A DNA stretch of 64,000 nucleotides from Tetramitus jugosus (taxonomy: Eukaryota; Protista; Heterolobosea): positions 341,573 to 405,572 of the forward strand of contig OW569387.1 of the NCBI GenBank assembly GCA_937625935.1, read 5' to 3'. Under the pieces are notes generated by a model. It was not told the DNA's origin, searched no databases, and saw only the letters and a list, made by a program, of their open reading frames with translations. Within the stretch, counting starts at the first letter, position 1. Each line of letters opens with the position of its first letter. This document shows positions 35,289 through 46,800 of this stretch, one piece after another. A program made the translations under genes and the position numbers.

Positions 35289-37904
35289 ATGACAGTGACC
35301 AATGTCCAAAATACAACACCCCTACCGTCTGTGCTACCACAACACACGGCGACGACAACGGAAACAGCACCTCTCTTTTCCACATCTACTCTCCACCACC
35401 ACACCAACAACCTCCATCTCAACAACCAGAGTAACAACACTGAGGTAACAGAGCTTCAATCATCACTACTACACCAACCCCATCATCACAACTCCTCTTC
35501 TATTCATCATCAGCATCATCAACACGACGGAATGTTCTCCACTACAGCAACAACAGCTATGAAACAACAACAACAACAACAACCATATCAGTATCATTCT
35601 CATATCATGATGATGAAGGAGGAGGAAGAGAACCAACACCTAACAGCTCATCATGATGATGAGATGATGAACAGTGTAGTGGAAGTTGGAGTTGATTCAA
35701 GATGTTGTGGAACAAGCACAACAACACACTCTGTATCTACCATTGGTATACTCATGACTGAAGAGACACCTCATGGTTGTCGTGACGATAATGAGGAAGA
35801 ATTAATCAAGATGGAAAAAACTTCACCAAGTGCACTTGTTTGCAAAACTGAAGAAACGGAAGAACAAGAAGAACTCTTCAATCATGACGATGCTGAACAA
35901 AATTCTTCTTCTCCAAAGAATAACAACAGCACTACTCCTCGCACCAATCTCTCACCTGCTCTCAAGCAATTGACTTTTGAAGAGTATGAAGCAGTAGACA
36001 CAACAACAACAAGTGGTGGAGAACTGGTGGATAATGACATTGGAGAGTTCACATCAATGATGACTCAGGATCTTGTTGTCAACAACAACTACAATAATAA
36101 CCACCCCACTACAGCAGCAGTAACAAAATCAACAAGACTGCGAAAAAATGCTGCCCACAACAACAACAATTATGCTCAACAAGTGTGTAGAAAGCTCATG
36201 TATCACAAGCCTCCCACTGTCTCTGTACCTCAACCTGCCAACAATGCTCCCAACTCCAACAATAACACTCCTGCATCCACTTCTACAATTATGAGCACTC
36301 CAACAACAGCTACTTCCACCACTATCAAGACTCCCTCTACATCAACCAGTTCCACTTCGTCTTCTTCCACGAGACAAGTCAGTTGTTCCAATTGTGGTGC
36401 AGACAAGACACCATTGTGGCGCAAGGGATCAGACGGTCACACACTGTGCAACAAGTGTGGTCTCTATTGGAGTCGACACAGTAAGCACAGACCCATCAAA
36501 CTCGATCGTTCCAATCGAAAGCCGCCCACAAGAAAATCTCCTCCCAATTCTCCGAAATTATTCGATGTGGAGCTATCATCCTCATCGAATACAACCAACA
36601 ATGGTGCAAAGAGCAGAAGAAAATCAAGTGGAAGCATCAAGAGAAGTCACTCTCCAACCTTCTCTCACAAATCGTCTTCCAACAAGAGAACCAAGAGACA
36701 CTCTCTTCCTGCGTTGTCATCATCCTCACCTAGCACAGGCGGTAGTAGCAACAATGACATGTCTCAGTCTCCACCACTCTTTATGCACCATCATCATCAT
36801 CATCACCATCATCCCTCCATGCAAACCATGAGTGATTTGTTGAGTAGTGAATTGAGTGATGGTGCAAACAGTAATTGCAGTGGTGGAATGCACACGCACT
36901 TGTTGCAAAGTGACGAAGATGCTGCACTGTACTATAGTCTTCATCATCACCATAGCAGTGATTCTAGCAATCATGCCTATCATAATTGTTATAGCAGCAG
37001 TGGTGATGAAGAAGAACAACAGGCTGTGTGCTTGGAACGGTTCCTCCAATCGTCATCTTCATCTGCCATTGTCCCATCGCACCACCATCACCAAATGGGA
37101 ATGGGCAGTGAAAACAGTGGACTATCGTTCATGGATGCCTCAATGTCAGGAGCGAGCAATCAAATGCTTCTCTCGTGTAATGGCGGTGCTCAAGACTTTA
37201 CTTCTCAATTAACGGGAACGCAAATGTCTCACATGTTCACCTCATCTGTGGACACTGATACTTCCCTGTGCAGAGATGACAATGATGACCACATTCAACG
37301 GCAACCACCAATCATGGGTACTCTGTTCTATACACCTGGTGATCTGGACTTATCGGCAATAAGTCATCCTGGTAGTTCATTCATTCAGTACATGAATGTT
37401 CATTCACACCACAATACAACTCTGCATCAACAGCAGCAACATCATCCTCTGTCCATTGACCAGGAGATGGCAAACACAACTGCTGCTGCTGCAATGTCGT
37501 ATGGAGGAGTGGTACCTACACCATCGGATGCTACTAATGCCTCTGTGATCACTCCATCGTCCTCATCTGGCGAATTGCAACAACTGCTCATGCCAAGTTC
37601 ATCTACTTCATGCATGATTGATGAAACAACAAACGCTCACCACCATATGATGAGCACGAACTGTGAGCACAATCAAAGTATGATGTGTTCTCTGTTCTCT
37701 GAGCAAAACAACATATTCTCTGATGATGCCGTTCCAATCATGGACGAGATTGTTGTAGATGTTGTGGGCACGAGCAGCAACAGTGTGCTCTCATCTGTCA
37801 TGAACGAAAGCAATGAAGATGAGAGTATACTGTTGGATTCGAATTGCCTGATGGGTGGCTCTCTGGATGCATTGAGCAATCAGGACACGTTTCTCACCTT
37901 TTGA
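35289..37904 (+). CDS. GATA-type zinc finger transcription factor
   Basis: CSNCGADKTPLWRKGSDGHTLCNKCGLYW (Cx2Cx17Cx2C) followed by a basic region; the rest is low complexity. Confidence 0.9.
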   Translation: MTVTNVQNTTPLPSVLPQHTATTTETAPLFSTSTLHHHTNNLHLNNQSNNTEVTELQSSLLHQPHHHNSSSIHHQHHQHDGMFSTTATTAMKQQQQQQPYQYHSHIMMMKEEEENQHLTAHHDDEMMNSVVEVGVDSRCCGTSTTTHSVSTIGILMTEETPHGCRDDNEEELIKMEKTSPSALVCKTEETEEQEELFNHDDAEQNSSSPKNNNSTTPRTNLSPALKQLTFEEYEAVDTTTTSGGELVDNDIGEFTSMMTQDLVVNNNYNNNHPTTAAVTKSTRLRKNAAHNNNNYAQQVCRKLMYHKPPTVSVPQPANNAPNSNNNTPASTSTIMSTPTTATSTTIKTPSTSTSSTSSSSTRQVSCSNCGADKTPLWRKGSDGHTLCNKCGLYWSRHSKHRPIKLDRSNRKPPTRKSPPNSPKLFDVELSSSSNTTNNGAKSRRKSSGSIKRSHSPTFSHKSSSNKRTKRHSLPALSSSSPSTGGSSNNDMSQSPPLFMHHHHHHHHHPSMQTMSDLLSSELSDGANSNCSGGMHTHLLQSDEDAALYYSLHHHHSSDSSNHAYHNCYSSSGDEEEQQAVCLERFLQSSSSSAIVPSHHHHQMGMGSENSGLSFMDASMSGASNQMLLSCNGGAQDFTSQLTGTQMSHMFTSSVDTDTSLCRDDNDDHIQRQPPIMGTLFYTPGDLDLSAISHPGSSFIQYMNVHSHHNTTLHQQQQHHPLSIDQEMANTTAAAAMSYGGVVPTPSDATNASVITPSSSSGELQQLLMPSSSTSCMIDETTNAHHHMMSTNCEHNQSMMCSLFSEQNNIFSDDAVPIMDEIVVDVVGTSSNSVLSSVMNESNEDESILLDSNCLMGGSLDALSNQDTFLTF

Positions 37905-37946
37905 GCAACAACCAAAGCATAAATAAAAACACTCGAATGTACAAAT

Positions 37947-38804
37947 TTATTTATCAGATTGTGATTCCTCCATCTGTTCTCCGTGCGTTTCTTCTTCTTC
38001 TTGTGGTTGCTGAGACTCCTCCATCTTGTCTGCTTGTTCTTCTTCGACGTTGTCACTGGCAGAAGCATTCTCATTCTCTGGTTTCTCGACTGGGAAATAC
38101 AATGGCAGCATTGCTTCATACATGCTCTTCTCCTTTTCCAAAAACACAATAAAGATGAGACGATCAACCTTCTTGTAGTTGTCATCCTTCTCCATCCATG
38201 TTCTCACAGTGTCCAATGCAACAGTTGTTGCACGATCCAATGGATAACCAAAGATACCAGTCGATACACAACAGAACGCCACAGTCTTCAACTCGTGTTG
38301 CACCACAAGATCCAATATCGTTTCATAGCACGATCGTAGCTTTTGTGGATTCTCTCCCCTTGGTCCCACCGTAGACAGAATGTATTTGGCGGGCATCGCA
38401 AAACCAGGAGAAATTTTTGTATTTCCGACTTCACATCCGTCAAGAGTGGCATTGTGAAGACGGAGGTGAGGACCAGCGGCATCATGGATACATCCATCAA
38501 TTCCACCACCACCAAGCAATGACTCATTGGCAGCATTGACAACAGCGTCAATCTCCAACGTGGTCATATCACCTCTAAAAATGGAAATTTTATCATTGAT
38601 CTCAGAGTGATAGGCGAACTTTGGAGCATGTTTTTCACGGAAACTTGCCATATTGCCCGCATTCTTGCTAGCATATTCAGGCCATGTAGGAATTTGCTCC
38701 AATGTGATAAATTTTTTACCACAGGCATAGAGAGCTCTCTTCTCTTCTATAGTCGCAGGTTCGACCCACGGCTTAATGGTCCTTCTCATTCTTTCCATGA
38801 ACAT
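37947..38804 (-). CDS. MacroD-type macrodomain ADP-ribose glycohydrolase
   Basis: GDMTTLEIDAVVNAANESLLGGGGIDGCIH, TVGP and CVSTGIFGYP. Confidence 0.93.
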   Translation of the reverse strand: MFMERMRRTIKPWVEPATIEEKRALYACGKKFITLEQIPTWPEYASKNAGNMASFREKHAPKFAYHSEINDKISIFRGDMTTLEIDAVVNAANESLLGGGGIDGCIHDAAGPHLRLHNATLDGCEVGNTKISPGFAMPAKYILSTVGPRGENPQKLRSCYETILDLVVQHELKTVAFCCVSTGIFGYPLDRATTVALDTVRTWMEKDDNYKKVDRLIFIVFLEKEKSMYEAMLPLYFPVEKPENENASASDNVEEEQADKMEESQQPQEEEETHGEQMEESQSDK

Positions 38805-38987
38805 GATGATGATGATGATTTGTTTTGTATGAGTTTTTTGTTTGGTTTTTGTTGCTTGAGAACAACCAAGGGATTCTTTTTTTGTTGTTTGGGCGCAGAA
38901 GCAAGTTCCATCGCGGAACCTTGGTTTATCTCACTCACTGTGGGAAAAAAAAACAAAAAGTTTGATCTCACAACAAAGTAAAACAAA

Positions 38988-41900
38988 ATGGTCAAAGACG
39001 ACAATAACAATATTGATAGCATACTGAAACAAATTGAACAAAGTTACAGTATTGTATCAAACAATGGTGGCACTGGTGAAGACATTCCATTCAGTGTTTT
39101 TGAAACGGGTCTCACTGGAGAATTGGGCATTGCACTTCAACCATCTTCATCATCAACGTCATCACATGTTGAACTTGAACTCATGAATCATCATCATCAA
39201 CAACAACAACATCATTTTTCGTCGTCAACTACAAAAAAACAACAAGAAAAAAGCGAAAATTCTTCGTCATTGAATGATGCCAAATTTTGGATCGAAGATG
39301 AATATTTGTCTCTTGTCAAGAGTAGACAATTGGTTGATGATTCTAGAATTTGGCCCAGAGAATTTCAAATGAAAAATGATATTCAAGTGTCTCGACCAAG
39401 GCATCACATGATTGTTGATACACGTGATCGTTTCTTATCATTTAAATCAACAACATCGACAACAACAACAACAACGAATCATCATCATCATCATAATAAT
39501 ATTGATAGTCAACAGAAGAAGAATAGCAGCATGATGACGATGGATCGATTCACTGAAGTGTACATGCCAGAGTTGAGCACATCATCACAACAATCAATGA
39601 GTTTATTGAGATTGCCTGGATCGAGCAAAGATTTTGTGAGAGGCAATTCTCAACAAGTTCCATTTATGCCCGGTGGAATCGACACGGAAAAAGAACAATT
39701 GTTTCAGTCAATGATGTTGAATCCGAATTCAAAACAGGAAAAGAAGAATACGATGCAGAACAATAATGCGGCCACAAAGCAGTTGGATACTCATCAAATG
39801 ATCACGTTGACTGTTGAGGAAGAATTACGTTTGTTATCTTCGAATCAAAGAACTGAAAACTTGTTGCATGTGATGCCTGGTTATGACAAGGGAGTTGCAC
39901 CTCACGAGTTCTTCACAACTGATTCTTCAAACAACAGGAGAGGATTAGGTGAAGGAGTTATCATTGAGGAGTCATCGATTGTTGATGAGATGAAAAAGAC
40001 TGAGGCTTCAGATGTCGAACGATCTGTGATGGTTGGTCCAAGTCAAGTAATTGTTGGACAAAATCCATTGGGATTATTGGACAAGTACAAGAAAGAGGCC
40101 CAGGCTGAACAGAAACTAGTTGATCGATTCAGTGTGGAACAACAGAGACAGGACAATCAAAAGAGAAGAGAAGAAGAAGTGAAGAGAGCGCAGAAGCAAG
40201 CACAGAACATTATTCGATTGAGTGATGTGTTTGATGATTTGTATGATGAAGAGGAGGAAGAAAACAAGTCAGCATATGGACGAAACAACAGCGGTGATGC
40301 AGTTGTACATGTGCATTCACAGGAATCTGGCAAATTCTCGCCAGTTTCTTCCGGCGAAACATCACTCAAAGCAACTAGAGCGATGATCAGTAAACCCTTG
40401 CTGCTAACTGATCACACAAATTATAGTGTTGAGGAGGAAGATATTGATGCACTGTTGAGTGATTCCACCGATGGTTCATCATTCCAGACGAACAAGACTC
40501 GAGCCAAGAAAAATGTACCAGAGGCTAAGGAGTGGGCAGTTCTCAAGACGCAACACGATGATGATATTATTAATGCTAATTTCCATGATATGGTTCCAGA
40601 GATGGCGATGGAGTATCCTTTTGATTTAGATACTTTCCAGAAGCATGCAGTGTATCATTTAGAGAACAATGAGAGTGTGTTTGTGAGTGCGCACACTTCA
40701 GCAGGTAAGACTGTTGTAGCAGAGTATGCTATTGCGTTGGGAAAGAAGCATATGACAAGAGTGATCTACACATCACCTATCAAAACTTTATCCAATCAAA
40801 AGTTTAGAGAGTTCAAGAAGACATTTGGCGATGTGGGCATCTTAACTGGTGACGTACAGATTAATCCGACAGCCACCTGTCTTATTATGACAACAGAAAT
40901 TTTGAGAAGCATGTTGTACAAGGGTGCTGACTTGATCCGAGATGTTGAATGGGTTATATTCGATGAAGTACATTACATTAACGATCCAGATCGAGGTGTT
41001 GTTTGGGAGGAGGTTATTATTATGCTTCCACAACACATTAACCTCATTTTGTTGAGTGCTACTATTCCAAATTATGTCGAATTTGCAGATTGGGTAGGTA
41101 GAACGAAACAAAAGAAGGTTTACGTGATTCAAACACTTAAGAGACCAGTTCCTCTTCAACATCATTTGTTCTATGATGGCAATCTATACAAAATTGTTGA
41201 TAAGGATGGAATATTCCTCAGTGCTGGATACAGATCTGTTCTTCAGGCTCAAAAGTTCAAGAAGCAATTTTCCAAGACTGGTGGAGGTGGAGGTGGGGGT
41301 GGAGCTCGAATCAAGAATGATCGAGCAGACTGGGTGAAGTTGATTGACATGTTGGGTAAGAAGAAGCTTCTACCAGTGGTTGTGTTCTCATTCTCGCGAA
41401 GAAGCTGCGAAGAGATTGCATATGGATTATCAAACACTGACTTGACTGGTAGTTCATCCGAGAAGAGTGAGATTCATGTATTCATCAATCAGTGTGTACA
41501 GAGACTGAGTCCAGCAGATAGGGATTTGCCACAGGTATTGAAGATTAGAGAGCTACTGAAGCGTGGTATCGGTATTCATCACTCTGGTCTCTTGCCGATT
41601 GTGAAGGAGATGGTAGAGATTTTGTTCTCTCGTGGACTTGTCAAGGTTCTTTTTGCCACTGAAACATTTGCAATGGGTGTGAACATGCCTACAAAGACTG
41701 TTATTTTCAATCAGATTCGGAAGCATGATGGTAGAGAATTCCGTGAACTACTCTCCGGTGAATACATTCAGATGAGTGGTAGAGCAGGTCGCAGAGGTTT
41801 AGATACTGTTGGTGTCGTCATCATTCTGTGCCATCAAACACGTGATGACGACGATATCCCAGAGGAGCCAACGTTACAACGTATGATTTTAGGAAAAGCC

Positions 41901-43430
41901 ACCATGCTTGAGAGTCAATTCCGCTTGTCTTACAACATGATGTTAAATTTGTTGCGTATCGAGCATTTTAGAGTGGAGGATATGATCAAGAGAAGCTTCT
42001 CTGAAGCTCATACTCAAAGATGGATGCCAGACAAGGACGAACTCATTAGAACGCAGGAGAGACTTCAAAAACTGATGCTACAATCCCAAGAGGATCCGAA
42101 TAGTAGCATGATTACAGCAGATGAATGTCTATTTGGTCAACCCGATATGGAGAATTACTATGCACTCTCGCAAGAGCTCCTAGAAGTCAATAAGCAGATT
42201 ATGACTTTCATGTTGCCTCAGTCCAATTCCGTTTTAACCAATGGTAGAGCTCTGGTTGTGCGTACAGAGAAATATGGAAACACTCTGGCAATCTTGGTGA
42301 AGCAATTCTTTGTCGATCAAAAAATGCAAGTGCTGGTTCTCAGATTGAACAAGGATCACAAGCAGACTATTATGCCCACAGAGAGTGGTTTACCATTCTA
42401 TTCGCCACTTTTGTTCAGTCAGAGTCAAGAAAGTGAAGATGATATGAGCAATACTGGTCCTCTCTCGGAGCTACTAACCATTTCAAAGGATGATATAGTC
42501 TCCATCACACAAACCAAATTAAATATTAATATTACTGGTGAGGATGACGTGGAAAGTGCCAGTATGAGAGCAGCTGCAAATCAACTCATGGCCATTTGGG
42601 AACAATCAGGCAACAATATTCGGATCGTTGACGGTGTAACTGATTTGAAGATTAATGCATTTGAATTTGCTGTTCCATACAAAAGGAAAAAGGTGATTCT
42701 TCAGTTGATGCTTGGAAGTTCATGCTCCCAATGTCCAAAGATTCACGAGCAATACGCAAAGATCGATAAGGCAGAACGAATTAAGAAGGGTTTAGAACGT
42801 ATCAGAGAGGCTCTTTCTGACAAAAATCTTTCTCTCATGCCAGAATTCGAAAAGCGAGTTGTTGTGTTGCAAACATTGAAGTACTTGGATAAGGATAGAA
42901 CGGTTCAATTGAAGGGAAGAGTTGCTTGTGAGGTCAACTCATGCGATGAATTAATTGTCACGGAGATGATCTTTGAAAACTTTTTCACTTCACTCACCCC
43001 TGAGGAGTGTGTTTCTGTTCTTTCTTGCCTCTTGTGTCAAGATAAGACGGAGGATCAACCAGCATTGACAGATCGTTTGATCGCAGCCAAGGAGAATCTT
43101 GTGCAACTGACGATGGGTCTCGGCCAATTACAAATGCAATGTGGTCTCGAAACCGCACCAGCAGATTTCCGAGATGCCTCATTGAACTTTGGTATGATGC
43201 AAGTAGCGTATGAGTGGGCTCTTGGTGTTCCATTTGCTGAAATTACCAAATTGACCACTATTGCTGAAGGAAGCATTGTTCGTTTCATTTCACAAATTGA
43301 TCAGGCTTGTCGAGAAGTGAGAAATGCTGCTAGAGTGATTGGTGATAGTAATCTGTATTTGAAGATGGAGGAAGCATCGCGAAAGATTAAGCGTGACATT
43401 GTTTTTGCTGCTAGTTTGTATGTTGTGTAA
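38988..43430 (+). CDS. SKI2: Ski2 DExH RNA helicase
   Basis: Ski2 N-terminal VRG...PFMPGG motif, AHTSAGKT, DEVH, SAT, SGRAGRRG, and C-terminal IKRDIVFAASLY. Confidence 0.95.
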   Translation: MVKDDNNNIDSILKQIEQSYSIVSNNGGTGEDIPFSVFETGLTGELGIALQPSSSSTSSHVELELMNHHHQQQQHHFSSSTTKKQQEKSENSSSLNDAKFWIEDEYLSLVKSRQLVDDSRIWPREFQMKNDIQVSRPRHHMIVDTRDRFLSFKSTTSTTTTTTNHHHHHNNIDSQQKKNSSMMTMDRFTEVYMPELSTSSQQSMSLLRLPGSSKDFVRGNSQQVPFMPGGIDTEKEQLFQSMMLNPNSKQEKKNTMQNNNAATKQLDTHQMITLTVEEELRLLSSNQRTENLLHVMPGYDKGVAPHEFFTTDSSNNRRGLGEGVIIEESSIVDEMKKTEASDVERSVMVGPSQVIVGQNPLGLLDKYKKEAQAEQKLVDRFSVEQQRQDNQKRREEEVKRAQKQAQNIIRLSDVFDDLYDEEEEENKSAYGRNNSGDAVVHVHSQESGKFSPVSSGETSLKATRAMISKPLLLTDHTNYSVEEEDIDALLSDSTDGSSFQTNKTRAKKNVPEAKEWAVLKTQHDDDIINANFHDMVPEMAMEYPFDLDTFQKHAVYHLENNESVFVSAHTSAGKTVVAEYAIALGKKHMTRVIYTSPIKTLSNQKFREFKKTFGDVGILTGDVQINPTATCLIMTTEILRSMLYKGADLIRDVEWVIFDEVHYINDPDRGVVWEEVIIMLPQHINLILLSATIPNYVEFADWVGRTKQKKVYVIQTLKRPVPLQHHLFYDGNLYKIVDKDGIFLSAGYRSVLQAQKFKKQFSKTGGGGGGGGARIKNDRADWVKLIDMLGKKKLLPVVVFSFSRRSCEEIAYGLSNTDLTGSSSEKSEIHVFINQCVQRLSPADRDLPQVLKIRELLKRGIGIHHSGLLPIVKEMVEILFSRGLVKVLFATETFAMGVNMPTKTVIFNQIRKHDGREFRELLSGEYIQMSGRAGRRGLDTVGVVIILCHQTRDDDDIPEEPTLQRMILGKATMLESQFRLSYNMMLNLLRIEHFRVEDMIKRSFSEAHTQRWMPDKDELIRTQERLQKLMLQSQEDPNSSMITADECLFGQPDMENYYALSQELLEVNKQIMTFMLPQSNSVLTNGRALVVRTEKYGNTLAILVKQFFVDQKMQVLVLRLNKDHKQTIMPTESGLPFYSPLLFSQSQESEDDMSNTGPLSELLTISKDDIVSITQTKLNINITGEDDVESASMRAAANQLMAIWEQSGNNIRIVDGVTDLKINAFEFAVPYKRKKVILQLMLGSSCSQCPKIHEQYAKIDKAERIKKGLERIREALSDKNLSLMPEFEKRVVVLQTLKYLDKDRTVQLKGRVACEVNSCDELIVTEMIFENFFTSLTPEECVSVLSCLLCQDKTEDQPALTDRLIAAKENLVQLTMGLGQLQMQCGLETAPADFRDASLNFGMMQVAYEWALGVPFAEITKLTTIAEGSIVRFISQIDQACREVRNAARVIGDSNLYLKMEEASRKIKRDIVFAASLYVV

Positions 43431-43834
43431 ATGAAGGTTGTTTTTCACCACGTTCACTGCAGTTTTGAATAAAACTTCCCCATGAAACTTAACTTGTCAC
43501 TGAAACTTTGCCGTTTCGTAGGTGTTAATTTATCCATCACATCATGACGCCACAGAAAGCGAAGAATAAACAAGAACGTGTTCCTTGTGTCAAGAGAAAC
43601 CAATGTTCAATTTCGTTGCATTGTAGGTTTCATTACTATCTGTTCGCGCTATTAGTTTGTTCAATTGTCCGACTTGTTCTGATTCCTGCTGGTGACCTAC
43701 CAATTTTACCCGATTTGTGGAAAGAATGTTGTGAGCTAGAAACACAGAACATAACAGTATCAACCATCATCCTCATTCTTCGTTTGTCCAAACACCATAT
43801 GTTGCCCTTTCGTTGCTGTTTTGTTCAACGTGTC

Positions 43835-46800
43835 ATGGCATTGAAGATTTTGGTCTTGTCTGCTGTTGTTTTTGGCAGCATACTTCTTCCGTGTTGCATT
43901 GTGGAGGCAAAAATTGCATCATCGTCTCTCTATGCGTGGTCGTTATCCGGCAGCAGCACTAGCAGAGAAAATCCTATGCCTTTCGATGTGACTGTCGGTG
44001 TCATGCAAAATGAATTTATCACTCAGGTCGCTGCTGGACAGAGTCACACAGTGGCTCTGACCAAGAAAGGAACCATCTTCACGTGGGGTGACAATACGAG
44101 TGGCCAATTGGGCGATCAATCATACTTTGATCGAAAGCAGCCTGTGGCAATTGTGTTGACTTTGATGTTGGAGAGTAGACGGTTTATTCAAATTGCTGCT
44201 GGTTCCTGGCACACGTTGGCACTGTCAAACTTTGGTGAGATTTTATCTTGGGGAAACAATCAGTTTGGCCAATTGGGTTTCAATGAAGAACGTTCGAGTG
44301 AAAACTTTCCTCGCGTTATACCGTTCGACTTATCATCAAGCGAAGTGATTCAAATTTCAGCCGGTGAGATTCACTCGATGGCTCTGACAAGTGATGGTCG
44401 CGTATTCTGTTGGGGCAGTAACATGGTGGGCCAACTTGGACATAACTCGACCATCCAATTTTCCCGCACCCCTGTTCACGTAGCAATTAGTGAAAGAATT
44501 GTTCAAATCTCTGCAGGTTCGTGGCACTCAGCTGCCTTGACAGCGAATGGAACCGTGTTGACTTGGGGCAGTAACAACGAGGGTCAACTCGGACGGATTG
44601 ACTCCAATGCTTTTGTCCCTAGTCCAATCAATTCCACTGGAGTTTTGACTGGTGCGAATATTACTCAGATCTCAGCAGGCTACTCACACACAGTGTCTTT
44701 AACAAGTGATGGTAGAATTATCTCGTGGGGAGGCAACAATTGTGGTCAATTGGGAGATAATACTCAACATTCGAATAATTCTGGCCCAGTACTGGTTTAT
44801 ATGGAGGGTGTGCCAAAAGGAACAAAATTTGTCTATGTCGCAGCCGGTTTCGATTATACGTTATCAATCACGAGACAAGGTACGATATATGCTTGGGGTA
44901 GTAATAACAATGGTCAACTAGGATGTGACGGACCAACTTCTATCGTGCGTCTCTCTCCTGTAGCTGTGAGTACCAATGGGGTTTTAAGTGGCAAGAGTGC
45001 TCGACAAGTGTCAGCAGGCAATGATCATTCTGTGGCAGTAACCACGGATGGAAAGGTATATTCATGGGGTAATAATAAATTCAGAAAGCTGGGCATTGGT
45101 GAGACTATTGCATCAAAGCCCGTTCCAGGAGATGTGGATACGAAAGGAGTTCTTGATGGACAAACCATTACGAAAATTGCTTCCTTCGAAGGACATACAA
45201 TCGTTTTGACGAGCGAAAGTAAGCTGTATGGTTTTGGGAGAAACGAGTGTGGTCAGTTGGGAGATGGAACAATTGTTGCCAAAAATTTTTTTGTTGCTGT
45301 GGACATGAGTAATGTGTTACTTGGTAGAACTATATCACAAATAGCTGTTGGTCGTGGTTTCTCCGTTGTATTAGACACAGAAGGAAGAGTATATAGCTGG
45401 GGTTGCAATCACTATGGCCAATTAGGTATCGGTACCCGGAGCAACTCATTACTTCCAGTTCGGGTCGATATGAATGCTGTAACTGCTGAAATGGTCAAGT
45501 CTATTGCAGTTGGCACTTTTCATACGGTTGTGATTGACAATGATGACAAATTATATTCATGGGGTGGAAATGGGAGAGGACAACTCGGTGATGGGAGTAC
45601 ACAAGCAGCCTTTTCGCCTGTGGTTGTCAGTATGCCGGCATTGTTACAGTCGCAGATTTTTACTCAAATCGTCGCAGGAGACACGCATACAGTCGCATTA
45701 ACAAGCGATGGAGTGTGCTATGCTTGGGGTAGTAACTCTGACGGTGAGCTTGGAACTGATTCGAATAGAGAGGAACACATTCCCATCCTCACGAATAGCA
45801 TAAATGGAACAGTTACGATGATTGGAGCTTCACGATCGCGTACAGTTCTGCTAACGAATGATGGAGTTATTCATGTTTGGGGAGACATTTCTCGCTATAC
45901 TCAACATAGGGAATTAGTCAACGACAAAATAACACGGCTCGTTTCGGGAGGTACTGGTATTGTCGCTGTGACTAATGATTCGCGTGTGTTTGCTTGGGAC
46001 ACGGATTTTTACAATGTAAACCTTTCCAACGTTGATCCAACTCAATACATTTCCCAAGCATATGTGACTTCAACCGGGAAAAGCGGTATTCTTGGAGTGA
46101 AATGTGTGAGTGGGTATTTTAGACAAAATTGTGAATCATTCTATTGCTATAATATAACACACGATAGTAATAGTGTTTGCTCAGGGAACGGAAATTGTGT
46201 GTCTCTGGATACATGTAAATGTGGAGAAGGATTCGCTGGTGATGATTGCTCCGCTCCACTTTGCTTTGGATATCCAGGCAATAGCCGTACTGTTTGTTCG
46301 TCGAGAGGAAAGTGTGTAGCACCAAACGAGTGTGTTTGTCCTCGTGGCTATTATGGAGAGACATGTTCTATTAACCTTGATTTTCTCGCATTGCTGTCAC
46401 TTTTGATCATTCCTTTTACGGCACTGTTCGTGGTACTAATCATATTCGCTACCTATATTGCAAGACGTGTGAAGAAAGATAAGAAGATTGAATCAGATCT
46501 TCGGGCATGCTTACTCGAAGAAATGACTGATTTTGAGAATATTAATGATATGGCATTGTTCATTGATATGAAGGATATCAAGTTGATCAGTCGTCTGTCT
46601 GAAGGAGCCGCAGGAGTTGTGTTTAAAGGAAAGTGGAAGAGTAATTTGGTCAACAAACTCGTACAGGACACCACTATACCAGCCCGCAGTCAACCTCAAC
46701 CATTATCACAAGCAGTGAGTGACCTAGTGAATATGAAGTCCAGATTCAATCTTGGTCGATCGTCGGGAAAGATTGTTAAACTAGCATCGTCATTGAAACG

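Noticed and set aside
24016-43430. Rrp41 and Ski2 as an exosome gene cluster
   Set aside because: Separated by 14 kb and many unrelated genes; chance is sufficient.
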